From contig QHOK01000029.1 in the NCBI GenBank assembly GCA_003218755.1, positions 3,180 to 67,179 of the forward strand: a stretch of DNA of 64,000 nucleotides. Direction: 5' to 3'. Below the pieces are notes generated by a model. The model searched no databases and was not told the origin of the DNA. It saw nothing but the letters and a program-made list of their open reading frames with translations. The stretch comes from Verrucomicrobiota bacterium. Lineage in GTDB: Bacteria; Verrucomicrobiota; Verrucomicrobiia; Chthoniobacterales; UBA10450. The translations under genes were made by a program, and so were the position numbers. This document shows, in pieces, positions 49,814-59,196 of this stretch (its first letter is position 1; every line of letters starts with the position of its first letter).

Positions 49814-50365
49814 TCAATGACCGCATGAGGTGGAGCCTTTTACGCGGAACTCGCTGTCGGGCTTCCATTCCGGAAATTTGTCGCCGTTGGCGACCTGATA
49901 GCCGACTTCGAAGAGAAGTTGAATATCCTGCACGGCGCCGGAGAGGTCCCAAGTGGGATCAACTTCATCGGACGGCTGATGATAATGTTTCGCGACAAAC
50001 TCGTCGCGCTTCTGTTTTCCGTATTCTGGCGGCTTGCCGATGATCTCAATGCCGCGGGCTGCGTGCAACACGGGAACACCGGCCTTTGCAAATTCAAAAC
50101 TATCGACCCGATAGAAGCCGCCTTTTTCCGGCTCGCTGCTCGATTTCATCACGCGGCCCTGTCGCGCAGCCGCCTGGCCTAATAAATCGTCCAAACTAGA
50201 ATTGCGGTCGGTGAGATCTTCGAGATCGTGCGTTTTCCCCCAAGGGTTGATTCCGTCGATATTGATGTCAGCGAGCGTCTTCTCCAGCGGATAAAGCGGG
50301 TGTTCTGCGTAATATTTCGCGCCGAGCAATCCCGCTTCTTCGGCGGTCGTGTCCATGAACAACAC
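49814..50365 (-). pseudogene. M28 family metallopeptidase remnant (C-terminal half only)
   Basis: Homology begins in mid-domain ([45 protein letters not shown]). The N-terminal half with the first Zn ligands is absent. The expected RSDHF motif reads RVDSF. Confidence 0.55.
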
Positions 50366-52664
50366 CGAGCGTTTTGGCGGCGGATTTAGTTTTTTGAACG
50401 AGGTCGCTCAAGCGGACTCGATCGGATGCTGCCGCGATTTCAGACCCTGCGGCAGGGCCAACATCACTGATCGCAAGGAGCGCGATTTTCTTGCCACCAA
50501 GCACGGAGAAGAAACTCGGCGCGCAAGCGTTGCCGCTCGATGTTTTAACTCCGACTGGCTCGATTTTTTCACGAGACAAAGACGCTGCACAGTCGTGCAA
50601 TGCCACCGCCCCAAAATCGAGTGCGTGATTATTTGCCAATCCCATGGCGTGAAATCCGGAGCGGCGGAGCAATTGCGCCGAGCGTGCCGGAGCGCGGAAT
50701 GCGTAGCGAGAGGCGGAGTCGCCGAGACTGGAAATCGTGCATTCTAGATTTGCAGCGGCGAAAGAGACGCCACGGAGCACAGAGCCGATTCCGGCAAATG
50801 GGTCCATCCCGCTTTCGATGTTCGGTGCGCAACTGCGGCCCAGCATCACGTCGCCGCCAAAAACTAAGGTCGCCGCAGCCTTTGCTGGACGCACGCGGAA
50901 CAAATCGAAGCAATTTTTTTTGCGCTGTCTCAGCAGTTCCCCGAGCGTCACTATTTGCGGAGCGCCTGTGAGTTGGTGCGCAACGAGATCGTTTTCATCA
51001 AGAATGCCAACGGGCTGCCGATCCTCCATCACCGCCGCGACGTGCGTGTCGAGATGGACGATTGCGCCACGCTGCAAATCCTCCGCGCTTATTCTTGCCG
51101 TACCCGGCGTAACCGACCGCGCGACCAGATCGAGATGGTCGCGCAGTTGCTTCGGGTCCGACCATGGAACGCGATGCCCTTGCCGACGCAACGCGTACAC
51201 CACGAAGTTCGCACAATCGGCGCCAAGATTGGTTTCCGGTTCCGTGTCTGAGTTTTCGGATAATTGGCCGCTGCCGAAAAGATACGGCAGACCGAATTGC
51301 TCGCTGATCGCGGCGCGGAAACCGCTGCCGACAAATCGCCGCAATTCCAGAACGGCCGTTTCGCGAATTTTCCCATCGACAAGAGCGCGGGCTCGCAACC
51401 GCACCGAGCCACAGTGGAACTGCCGATCAAACAAATTGTCGATCCTGGCAATCGGCAGCACTGAATCGTGATGATCAATCGGACGTTCGTTCCAGGCGGG
51501 GCACGGCGCGGCGTTCGCGACGAATCCAACCTGATCAATCGACAAATTGGTCAGGTTGCAGCGCGAGTATTTCGGCGTCAGCGCAAACCATTCGATCTTC
51601 TCCGGTTTGGTTGTCCAGGGCTCGACGACGAGTTCGATCTCGGCCGGCTCGTTCGCCGGGATGCGCCAAACATTGTCTGTCGAAGGCTGGCGATCTTTAA
51701 TTTGAAGATGCAATTGCGGCGCCTCGCCATCCCAAAGCTGCAACAATTGCTGCCAACGCGCGGCATCGTGGCGCACCGTGATGTGTTTGGATTCGGATAA
51801 GATTCGCGCCCGAAGCTCTTGCGGCGCTTGCGCGAGATCGAACACCGGTGATTTCTCTCCTTTCGCCATTAATTTCTTGGCGAGGGTCGAGTGATCGTTG
51901 GCAACTGTGAGGAACGGCTCGAACTGGATTTGCACCGTTGGCAACGAGAGCGCGGAAGTCAACGCCACGTTGAGCAACCGATAGGCCTCCTCCTCGCTCT
52001 TTAAATACGGACGCGAAATCGCAAATGTGATGGCGCGAAGGTTTGGCCGCTCGATCACAAAGTTCCAGATTCGCGCGAAGGCTGTTTCTTGTTCTGGAGC
52101 TGATAGCCCGGCGAAATAATCGAGGTCAATCGTGACAACGAGCGGCTCGGTTGGAGCGAGATGTTTCTCGAGGCTTTCAAAATCGGAGACGACATAGGAT
52201 TCGCGCAATGATCCCGATTTCCGCGGCGCTGCTTCGAGGTGACCATCGAGTAACGCTATTGCTTCTTGCATGCGCTTGCGAATCTCCGTTTCAGGAAGTT
52301 TCTCAGCGGGCACCCAAATTACTTTTGCAATCGGGCCCGGCATGAGCGGCTCGATCCAATTGAAGCATTGAACATAACTTTCGCTGCGCCAGCGATCGAG
52401 CAGCACTTGTCGAGCCGGCCCGGACGCGACGTTTCGAAGCGCACCGCGAATTTTATCGGAATCGAAAATGCCGGATGCGTCGCTGTGCGCATCGAAAAGG
52501 ATGAGCGTGCACGGCTGATCGAGATCGATATTTTGGGCCAGCCAGTAAAACCTTCCGGCGTGATTGTCTTCGATGTAAATGGGCAGAACGCTCGCCCCCG
52601 CGGCTGCGGGGCTGGCGGCAACGAGCAGCGCCGCCATCCATAGCCCAAGCGCTCGCGCGTTCAT
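50268..52664 (-). CDS. exported multidomain protein: UPF0489-like N-domain + NlpC/P60-like Cys-His domain + truncated CapA (PGA_cap) domain
   Basis: The signal peptide is [24 protein letters not shown]. The UPF0489-like region reads [13 protein letters not shown]...[12 protein letters not shown]. The NlpC/P60-like region reads [16 protein letters not shown]...[16 protein letters not shown]. CapA motifs [18 protein letters not shown] and [11 protein letters not shown] are present, but the distal CapA motifs are missing. The last ~40 codons read out of frame through the M28 remnant. Confidence 0.55.
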   Translation of the reverse strand: MNARALGLWMAALLVAASPAAAGASVLPIYIEDNHAGRFYWLAQNIDLDQPCTLILFDAHSDASGIFDSDKIRGALRNVASGPARQVLLDRWRSESYVQCFNWIEPLMPGPIAKVIWVPAEKLPETEIRKRMQEAIALLDGHLEAAPRKSGSLRESYVVSDFESLEKHLAPTEPLVVTIDLDYFAGLSAPEQETAFARIWNFVIERPNLRAITFAISRPYLKSEEEAYRLLNVALTSALSLPTVQIQFEPFLTVANDHSTLAKKLMAKGEKSPVFDLAQAPQELRARILSESKHITVRHDAARWQQLLQLWDGEAPQLHLQIKDRQPSTDNVWRIPANEPAEIELVVEPWTTKPEKIEWFALTPKYSRCNLTNLSIDQVGFVANAAPCPAWNERPIDHHDSVLPIARIDNLFDRQFHCGSVRLRARALVDGKIRETAVLELRRFVGSGFRAAISEQFGLPYLFGSGQLSENSDTEPETNLGADCANFVVYALRRQGHRVPWSDPKQLRDHLDLVARSVTPGTARISAEDLQRGAIVHLDTHVAAVMEDRQPVGILDENDLVAHQLTGAPQIVTLGELLRQRKKNCFDLFRVRPAKAAATLVFGGDVMLGRSCAPNIESGMDPFAGIGSVLRGVSFAAANLECTISSLGDSASRYAFRAPARSAQLLRRSGFHAMGLANNHALDFGAVALHDCAASLSREKIEPVGVKTSSGNACAPSFFSVLGGKKIALLAISDVGPAAGSEIAAASDRVRLSDLVQKTKSAAKTLGVVHGHDRRRSGIARREILRRTPALSAGEDAR

Positions 52665-54004
52665 CGCGCCGCGTGAATTGCAGGTTTTTTGGCAAGCGGC
52701 GCACGCAACTCAACGAGCGAAATGCATGTATCACGAGATTGCGTGCCGCGATGCACACCTTTGATCACGAGTTTAATCTTGCTGACCGGCTTAGTGTAAT
52801 CGCGCACGCGAATAAGATACGGATTTTCGAATCGCTCATCGGGAATGCTCGCCGTAAACGTATGCTCATCGTTTAGGGTGATCTCGAGCGCCGCGACGCG
52901 GTTGTTCTTCCACCAGACATCTTCCCGGCCGTATTCGTAATATCCGGGACGGATCAAAATGCCGTAGAGGGGGAGCGGGCGTTTAACATCGAGCGTGATG
53001 CTCTCGCCGATGCCATCATCCTTGGCGCCTTCGGCCCAGGGAGTTTGCAGCTCGCGCTGCGGATCGGCCTTGATGTTAACGACATCGTAGTTGCGTTTGC
53101 CTTGCGGAGCCAGCGTAGAGCTTGCCGTCGCATCATAATCTTTGTGATCGAGAAAGTATTGGTTGTTCCGAATGACGTATGAGGCGTGGCGACTCAGATC
53201 CTCCTCCGAATAACCAGTCGGATAAGAATCGTATTTTGAATGCGCGATGATGCGGATGTCGTCCGCCAATGTCGGTTTTAAATTTTCAAACTGCCATTCG
53301 TAATGCATGTCGCTCACTTTTCTGGAAATGCTCTTTCGGTTTCGCGATTGAGACGTCTTCAGGCTCCGCGTGCAAAATGTTGATTTCGATTTTTCCTTTG
53401 CCAATCGGCCCTTTCCAGGTCGCCGCAGGCGAGAGCGAATATGCAAAAGTCGCGTCACTTATGTGCGAGTCATCTGAAACCGATTCGTCGTTCTCCGCGT
53501 ACCGCGCGCGGTAATGAACGCGACCTCGCGCGTTTGATCTCGCTCGAAGGGTATCACCGATTTCTTCCATGACTTAATCGTGGAGACGTTTTGCTGCCAG
53601 ATCTGCCCCGAAGTGGTTTCGCTGCTTTCTTCCTTCGCTCCGGCCACATTAGTCCATTTCAATTCTTTTCCATCAACGCTGATTTGATAGTGATCGATAT
53701 CGCTCCCCTTTGCATCAGTATCTGCATCCGGATTTTTTCCCCAACGCTCGACCGGAAAGAAGAAATCCTGTTGCACCTTCGATCCTGTGTTGTGCATGCG
53801 GTAGCGCACATCCACGGCCGCATACTCCGGGTGCAGATCGATCTTCAGAGCTTCATTTTGGATCGTAACGTTGGTTTGCTTGTCGCTGTTCGAGGCACTG
53901 GCGCTACCCGTTCCCGGAACGCCGGTCTGCCACGCGCCGCCATTGGCAAAAAGTGTGCATGTTGCGACGATAAGCGAGGCTATCGCGAGCAATATTTTTG
54001 TCAT
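52661..54004 (-). pseudogene. frameshifted exported protein: DUF4424-like N-domain + NADase-type/discoidin-like glycan-binding C-domain
   Basis: ATG 54004 gives MTKILLAIASLIVATCTLFANGGAW. Coherent sequence then runs through three frames, corresponding to track ORFs 53459..54271, 53286..53570 and 52661..53458. The first junction reads ...IPFERDQTRE / VHYRARYAENDES...ATWKGPIGKGKIEINIL. The second junction reads ...KPKEHFQK / VSDMHYEWQFENL...TPWAEGAKDDGIGESITL. The stop overlaps the next gene's start (ATGA). Confidence 0.6.
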
Positions 54005-54062
54005 TTCCGCACGTTTTAACCTACCCGTGCGTCGCGTGGCGAAGCGAGAATGTGGGCCCCTC

Positions 54063-55679
54063 TCATTTTTCAGTTCCAGCGACGTTCTCGACGTGCTCAT
54101 GCCCGCCATGACCATGCAGTGATGGGCGAATGCGCAGAAAAAACTGAAACGCGTAACCCAAATCGTCCCCATAATAACGATCGAGAGTGTCTGGGCGACC
54201 GTTGATAGTGAATTGAGTGCCAAGTCCGATATCGAGACCATTGCCGTGCGAGAGGTCGCGCACGTAACCAACTGTGTAAGCGCTCACCGGAAAGATGCGC
54301 GTGTCAGCCGCGGGATTCAGAACCAATTCCTCACCGGATTTTTGGACGCGCTCCCAACGCGCATAAAACGTGTCGCGGCCGCGTTGATAATTTGATTCGA
54401 GTAGGAATGACTGCGTTTTGCCTTCACCCGTGTCGTTGTTTTGTCCCCAAACAAAGGCCGTTGACCAATTGCTGTCGTGGCCGAGCGGGAGATTGTAAAT
54501 GACGGACGCGGTCGTCCGATGCCGTTTCAGGTCTGGCTCGAGCGCCTCGGGACTCTTGATGTAACCATACGAAACTTGCAGCGCGAGATTTTGCGTCGGG
54601 TTCCAGGAAATGCGGCCGCTGTATGAATCAAAGCGCGGCCGATCAAAGTCGTAACGATTTTCATCCGGCTCACGGCCAGTGAAAATACTGCCTTCGATTT
54701 TCAGATTGCGCCATTGCAAACCTGCAGTGGCGACGCCGAAGGTGACGTGCGTCGAATCTTGCCAGTGATGCCCAAGCGGCGCGTCGGGATCATCCATCGC
54801 CGATGGGCGATGCATGAATGTCGGCGGACCGAGCGCCGGTTCACCGGGGTAACCGAAATAGATGTAGGCGCTGAAATCGTGCTCGAACTTTTGCGACAGG
54901 CTCATCGACAATTCGTCGAAGAGATCGTGCGGATGTTGTCGGTCGTGTAAGGGCTCATCGTGCCACGATTCGCCGCTTTGAAATAAGAGGGGATAGCCGC
55001 GGCCCTGCTCGGTTAACAGATCGAGACTCATCATCAGGCGGGCGCCGAACTGCGCGCTTTCGCCGAGCGCATGCGAATACATCGCCATCATCCAGTTCGG
55101 CGCATCGATCCGATCGTCACCGCGTGGCGTGCTCACGTTGGTGTAACGCGGGAAAATTGCGCCGTGCAACATCAGCATGTTCTCATCGAACATGAACATT
55201 CTGCCATACATAGGGCTCGAATCTGGTAGCCAACTTGTGCCCGACCCTTCGCGGCTCATTGGATCAGCAATGTCCACCGTAGAGTGCATTTCCATGTGCA
55301 TCTCGTGGCCGCCGTGCGAAACCGTGCCTGCCACGCCAGAGGTCGCCGCGGCGACCGAAGGCGGGTGCGTTTCATGTGACCGATGTGACAAAAGCGACTG
55401 ATCATTGGGCGTTGAGCGTTGGACGTTGGGCGTTCGACGTTTCTCTTGTTTCAGCGGCACGAGTTTCATTCCGCATTTGGGACAATTGCCTGGATGATCC
55501 ATCACGACCTCCGGATGCATGGGGCAGGTGTATTTCTGTTTCCCCACATGCTCGCCTGCCACGCCGTAGCTGTGCGAAAGCGGGTGATCGCCAGTCGGGC
55601 GATTGGGGTCAATCGCCCCTACCTGCACACGGGCGACGAGTGTGAATGCGCAAACGAAAACTAAAACGTGTCTTGTCAT
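54063..55679 (-). CDS. exported protein with heavy-metal-binding domain (YTCPMHPEV...CPKCGM), His-rich linker and beta-barrel-like C-terminal region
   Basis: The signal peptide is MTRHVLVFVCAFTLVARVQVGA. The HMBD motif is YTCPMHPEVVMDHPGNCPKCGMKLVP. There are His-rich stretches (HGGHEMHMEMH; HGHGGHEH at the C-terminus). The C-terminal region has alternating beta-strand-like sequence. Confidence 0.65.
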   Translation of the reverse strand: MTRHVLVFVCAFTLVARVQVGAIDPNRPTGDHPLSHSYGVAGEHVGKQKYTCPMHPEVVMDHPGNCPKCGMKLVPLKQEKRRTPNVQRSTPNDQSLLSHRSHETHPPSVAAATSGVAGTVSHGGHEMHMEMHSTVDIADPMSREGSGTSWLPDSSPMYGRMFMFDENMLMLHGAIFPRYTNVSTPRGDDRIDAPNWMMAMYSHALGESAQFGARLMMSLDLLTEQGRGYPLLFQSGESWHDEPLHDRQHPHDLFDELSMSLSQKFEHDFSAYIYFGYPGEPALGPPTFMHRPSAMDDPDAPLGHHWQDSTHVTFGVATAGLQWRNLKIEGSIFTGREPDENRYDFDRPRFDSYSGRISWNPTQNLALQVSYGYIKSPEALEPDLKRHRTTASVIYNLPLGHDSNWSTAFVWGQNNDTGEGKTQSFLLESNYQRGRDTFYARWERVQKSGEELVLNPAADTRIFPVSAYTVGYVRDLSHGNGLDIGLGTQFTINGRPDTLDRYYGDDLGYAFQFFLRIRPSLHGHGGHEHVENVAGTEK

Positions 55680-55698
55680 TTGGACTGCTGAAATGATT

Positions 55699-55763
55699 CT
55701 GTAGTGGCAGCCGCGTCGGCTGCGACAGCATGCGCAATGCAGGCGGCACGCCTGCCGCTACAG
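55699..55763. repeat. REP family A, copy 3
   Basis: Sequence: ctgtagtggcagccgcgtcggctgc, 15-nt spacer, gcaggcggcacgcctgccgctacag. Confidence 0.65.
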
Positions 55764-55794
55764 CGGGAAATCCGCGATCGCCGATCGCGACTCG

Positions 55795-56223
55795 TTAGAC
55801 CGAGAAGGGTGGGGCGTGAGCCAAAAGGCTCCGCTGCAGGATTAGCTCAGCGAATGAGCGGGCGTCGGGCGGCCCTGTATCGAGGGACAACGCCACCTGC
55901 GCGTTCCGTTGAAGCGCGATGGGCGCGAACTCGTGAGACCGAACATGGACGTGCAAAAATTTAGCGTCGTCGCGCGCCCAGGCTTTTGTTTGTGCAAGAA
56001 CAACGGCGCGCAGGGTCTTGCAGCATTGCACCTGCGCGGCCTGCTGTTTTTGCTTCGCCGGCTTGGAATGAAATGGGCAACCCGCTTGCGTCGAATCGTT
56101 TTCTGTCGCGATCAGCGCGAACGCGCAGTGATTAGACATCGCGATCCAGGAACTGATCGCAATGACAACCCCTGCGCCCCGAATGGTCGCTTTCATTACA
56201 GCCGTAGTTAGTCGAATCACCAT
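55795..56223 (-). CDS. small Cys/His-containing hypothetical protein (possible metal-related), start uncertain
   Basis: The hydrophobic N-terminus is MVIRLTTAVMKATIRGAGVVIAISSWIAM. Motifs NHCA, GCPFHS and QCCKTL follow. The gene sits between the MFS gene and the HMBD gene on the same strand. Confidence 0.4.
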   Translation of the reverse strand: MVIRLTTAVMKATIRGAGVVIAISSWIAMSNHCAFALIATENDSTQAGCPFHSKPAKQKQQAAQVQCCKTLRAVVLAQTKAWARDDAKFLHVHVRSHEFAPIALQRNAQVALSLDTGPPDARSFAELILQRSLLAHAPPFSV

Positions 56224-56230
56224 CAAGAAC

Positions 56231-57541
56231 TCAAACATTTTCTTCTGCCGGATCGATAGCCGGCGCGACGGGCCCTGCAGCAATTCCTCCCGGCGGTGCG
56301 GCTTCGCTTGGTTCAATTGGCTTCTCGCCGGGCTGATCAAATTGCGGTTGTTCTACGCGCGTCGCGAGCAACATCGCAGTGAATAACAACGCTGCTGCCA
56401 AATAATACGGAGCGCCGGGAACATGAAAGGGGTGCTTCGGGTTGATGAACCAGGCGAATATTCCTGAGAAGAGGAAGGGTCCAATGACAAACGCGATTGA
56501 TCGAAGACTCTGGATCGCGCCCTGCAATTCGCCCTGTTCGCGTTCGCTCACGCGGTGCGTCATCATGCCTTGTGCTGCCGGGAAGGAAATATTCCACATC
56601 GAAATTATGGGGATCGAAGCGATGTAAACAGCGCTCGTTCTGGCGAGACCAGCGATCAGCATGCCGACCGCACCGAAAAATTGGCCGATGTAAAGTGTGC
56701 GTCGCTCACCGAGCCATCCAACGATTCGTCCTGTGAGTCCTCCTGAAATCGCCGCGGTGAAAATGCCGACGATCGCGAGCGAAGCGCCAATCATGCCCGA
56801 GCTCCACTCGTAACGGTAAATCGCGTAAAGCGCCCAGATCACGAACACTTCGTGCGAGACGTAGGCAAGAAACTGTAGCGTAGCAAGCTTCCACAGCTCC
56901 GAATGCGAGCGAAGCAACACCAGCGAGCCTATCGGATTCGCACGGCGCAATGTGACTTCTTTGCGATGTTCCTGTCGCAGCGATTCGGGGACGAAGAAGT
57001 AACCGTAAAGCCAGTTCGCCAGACTAAATCCAGCGGCGACCCAGAACGGCAGCCGAACATCGATATCGCCGAGCGGACCACCAATGCCTGGGCCGAGAAT
57101 AAAGCCGAGGCCAAACGCCACGCCGATCATGCCGAAAGCGCCTGCACGCTTCTCTTTCGGCGTCACGTCGGCGATGTATGCCATGGCAGTCGGAATGCTG
57201 GACGCGGTGATCCCAGAAATGATTCGGCCGAGGAAAAGCCAGCCAATCGTAGGCGAGAGCGCCATGACGATGTAGTCGAGGCCGAGACCAAGATTCGACA
57301 GAAGAATGACCGGCCGCCGTCCGAACTTGTCGGACAACACGCCCAGCACTGGCGAGAAGAAAAATTGCATCAGCGCAAAGACGGTGCCGAAGACGCCGTT
57401 CCAGTTTGCTGCCGAATTCATATTGCCGCCCAGGAAGTCGAGAATCAATTTTGGCAACACCGGCGCGATCAACCCAAGCGCGAGCATGTCTAGCATGACC
57501 GTGACGAAGATGAAGGCGATGGCAGCCGGTCGATTTTTCAT
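56231..57541 (-). CDS. MFS transporter (DHA1/TetA-like)
   Basis: 12-TM profile with MFS motif A, GVLSDKFGRRPVILLS. Confidence 0.85.
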   Translation of the reverse strand: MKNRPAAIAFIFVTVMLDMLALGLIAPVLPKLILDFLGGNMNSAANWNGVFGTVFALMQFFFSPVLGVLSDKFGRRPVILLSNLGLGLDYIVMALSPTIGWLFLGRIISGITASSIPTAMAYIADVTPKEKRAGAFGMIGVAFGLGFILGPGIGGPLGDIDVRLPFWVAAGFSLANWLYGYFFVPESLRQEHRKEVTLRRANPIGSLVLLRSHSELWKLATLQFLAYVSHEVFVIWALYAIYRYEWSSGMIGASLAIVGIFTAAISGGLTGRIVGWLGERRTLYIGQFFGAVGMLIAGLARTSAVYIASIPIISMWNISFPAAQGMMTHRVSEREQGELQGAIQSLRSIAFVIGPFLFSGIFAWFINPKHPFHVPGAPYYLAAALLFTAMLLATRVEQPQFDQPGEKPIEPSEAAPPGGIAAGPVAPAIDPAEENV

Positions 57542-57554
57542 GCAGGATCGACAA

Positions 57555-57617
57555 CTGTAGAGGCGGCTGTGTCAGCCGCAAAATGCAAATGTGCAGGCGA
57601 CACGCCTGCCGCTACAG
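57555..57617. repeat. REP family A, copy 4
   Basis: Sequence: ctgtagaggcggctgtgtcagccgc, 13-nt spacer, gcaggcgacacgcctgccgctacag. Confidence 0.65.
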
Positions 57618-57764
57618 TTAGGCTCGATCGAGCCAAGGATGGATCGGTCCGTCGCGGCGGGCCGATGGCAGATAGGTCGTCGAAGGCGCAAATATCAGGC
57701 GGCGAAGCCGCATATTCTGTCAACGCGTTGAGGACAACGCGTTCCACCTTGGCTAGTTTGCGTG

Positions 57765-58286
57765 ATGTTTCCGCTTTCCTATCGTTCCCCAAAAACTGAG
57801 ATTCGCGCGAGTCAAATTCATGGACGCGGTCTATTTGCCACGACAGATATCGCAAAAGATGAAATCGTGGCGGTGAAAGGCGGACACATTGTTGATCGCA
57901 AAACTTTGCGTCAACAAATCGCGCCCCCGCTTGGCCCGGTGGAGATTCAGATCGACGAAGATTTGTTCATCGCACCCGTGACTGAGGAAGAGCGGGAGTT
58001 GTCGATGTTGTATTCAAATCACTCGTGCAATCCGAATCTCGGAATGCGCGGCGAGATCAAGTTCGTTGCCATGCGCGACATCCGCGCGGGCGAAGAACTC
58101 ACGCACGATTGGGCGATGACCGATGACGACGATTACTCGGTGGAATGCAAATGCGGTGCAGCCAATTGCCGGAAGATTCTCACCGGCAAAGACTGGCAAC
58201 GCCCGGAATTGCAAAAACGTTATGCCGGTTATTTCTCAGCTTATCTTGCGGACAGAATTGCGCGGCAGGCTATGCTCGCTGGATGA
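57765..58286 (+). CDS. SET domain protein (putative protein-lysine methyltransferase) with post-SET Cys cluster
   Basis: IRASQIHGRGLFATTDIAKDEIV, YSNHSCNPN, AGEELTHDW and CKCGAANCRK motifs are present. Confidence 0.8.
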   Translation: MFPLSYRSPKTEIRASQIHGRGLFATTDIAKDEIVAVKGGHIVDRKTLRQQIAPPLGPVEIQIDEDLFIAPVTEEERELSMLYSNHSCNPNLGMRGEIKFVAMRDIRAGEELTHDWAMTDDDDYSVECKCGAANCRKILTGKDWQRPELQKRYAGYFSAYLADRIARQAMLAG

Positions 58287-58717
58287 AATTCCTCTTCATC
58301 TTTTCTTAGGCCTGCGTCGCAGCGGTCCTTGCCCAGACGCCGACTCGTGAGAACGCCGAGGTCCTACAAGCCGAGCATGACGGCTGTGTTGCGTATTTGC
58401 GCGGTGACGCGGACAAGATCGCAAACTTTTTAACCGACGACTACACGCTAACAAACTCAAAAGGTGAAATCACCACGGCCGCCGACGATATCGAAGACGC
58501 CAGAAGTGGCAGAGTCCATTACAATGTCTTCGAAAATTACGATATGAAGGTCCGAATTTATGGCGGCCATACTGCGATCGTGACGGGCAAAACGAAAGTA
58601 AAAGGTAACGCCCAAGGTAAGCCGATCGACATCATTGTTCAGTTTACCGATACGTTTGTGAAACAGAGCGGCCGCTGGCGTCTCGCCGCCGGTCATGTGT
58701 CGCGTTTGAAAGATTAG
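58283..58717 (+). pseudogene. DUF4440/SnoaL-like (NTF2 fold) exported protein with an in-frame TAG in the signal peptide
   Basis: ATG 58283 overlaps the SET stop (ATGA). The frame reads MKFLFIFS-TAG(58307-58309)-ACVAAVLAQTPTRENAEVLQAEHDGCVAYLRGDADKIANFL... It is continuous with the track ORF that starts at TTG 58397. Confidence 0.5.
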
Positions 58718-58809
58718 GTGTTAACCGGCTTGGATATTTTCAGGTTATCTTGCCCACGAAATCTTCTGCTCCGATAGGCGACATTACGCGTTAGCATAAT
58801 CAGCCTCAC

Positions 58810-59154
58810 ATGTACGAGCGCCGACAGCAGCGTCTTCTCAGCCGGATTGAATTTAGCAAACGTGTTGGCCGACACGGGCTGGTGGCGCTTGGAGTTTTGG
58901 TCTTTGGACTTGGAGGCGGCGTTCTCGGCTATCATTACGTTGCTGGCTTGAGCTGGATCGATTCCCTTTTAAACGCCTCGATGATCCTCGGTGGGATGGG
59001 TCCAGTCGATCCGTTGAAGACCGACTGCGCGAAACTTTTTGCTTCGTTTTACGCTCTGTTTTCGGGCTTGGCGTTCATCGGCATCGTATCAGTACTGCTC
59101 GCGCCATTTGTCCATCGCATGCTTCATCGCTTTCATGCGGAGGAGCGTGAATAA
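58810..59154 (+). CDS. small 2-TM membrane protein with a pore-helix-like segment
   Basis: 114 aa. The layout is TM1, then IDSLLNASMILGGMGPVDP, then TM2. This layout resembles a minimal ion-channel pore, but the selectivity filter is not canonical. Confidence 0.4.
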   Translation: MYERRQQRLLSRIEFSKRVGRHGLVALGVLVFGLGGGVLGYHYVAGLSWIDSLLNASMILGGMGPVDPLKTDCAKLFASFYALFSGLAFIGIVSVLLAPFVHRMLHRFHAEERE

Positions 59155-59196
59155 TGGATTTTCTGAGGATTCGCGAGCAGTTCTGATTCCTTCGGT

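Noticed and set aside
55704-55964. 86-aa ORF starting MAAASAATACAMQAARLPLQ
   Set aside because: Its N-terminus is encoded entirely by REP family A copy 3, so it is a repeat-derived spurious ORF.
18701-58309. Idea that the in-frame TAG codons (18701, 58307) reflect TAG reassignment or pyrrolysine
   Set aside because: TAG terminates rplA, metK, the PduO-type transferase and the DUF2723 gene at normal protein lengths. No pyl genes are seen. Nonsense mutations are the simpler explanation.
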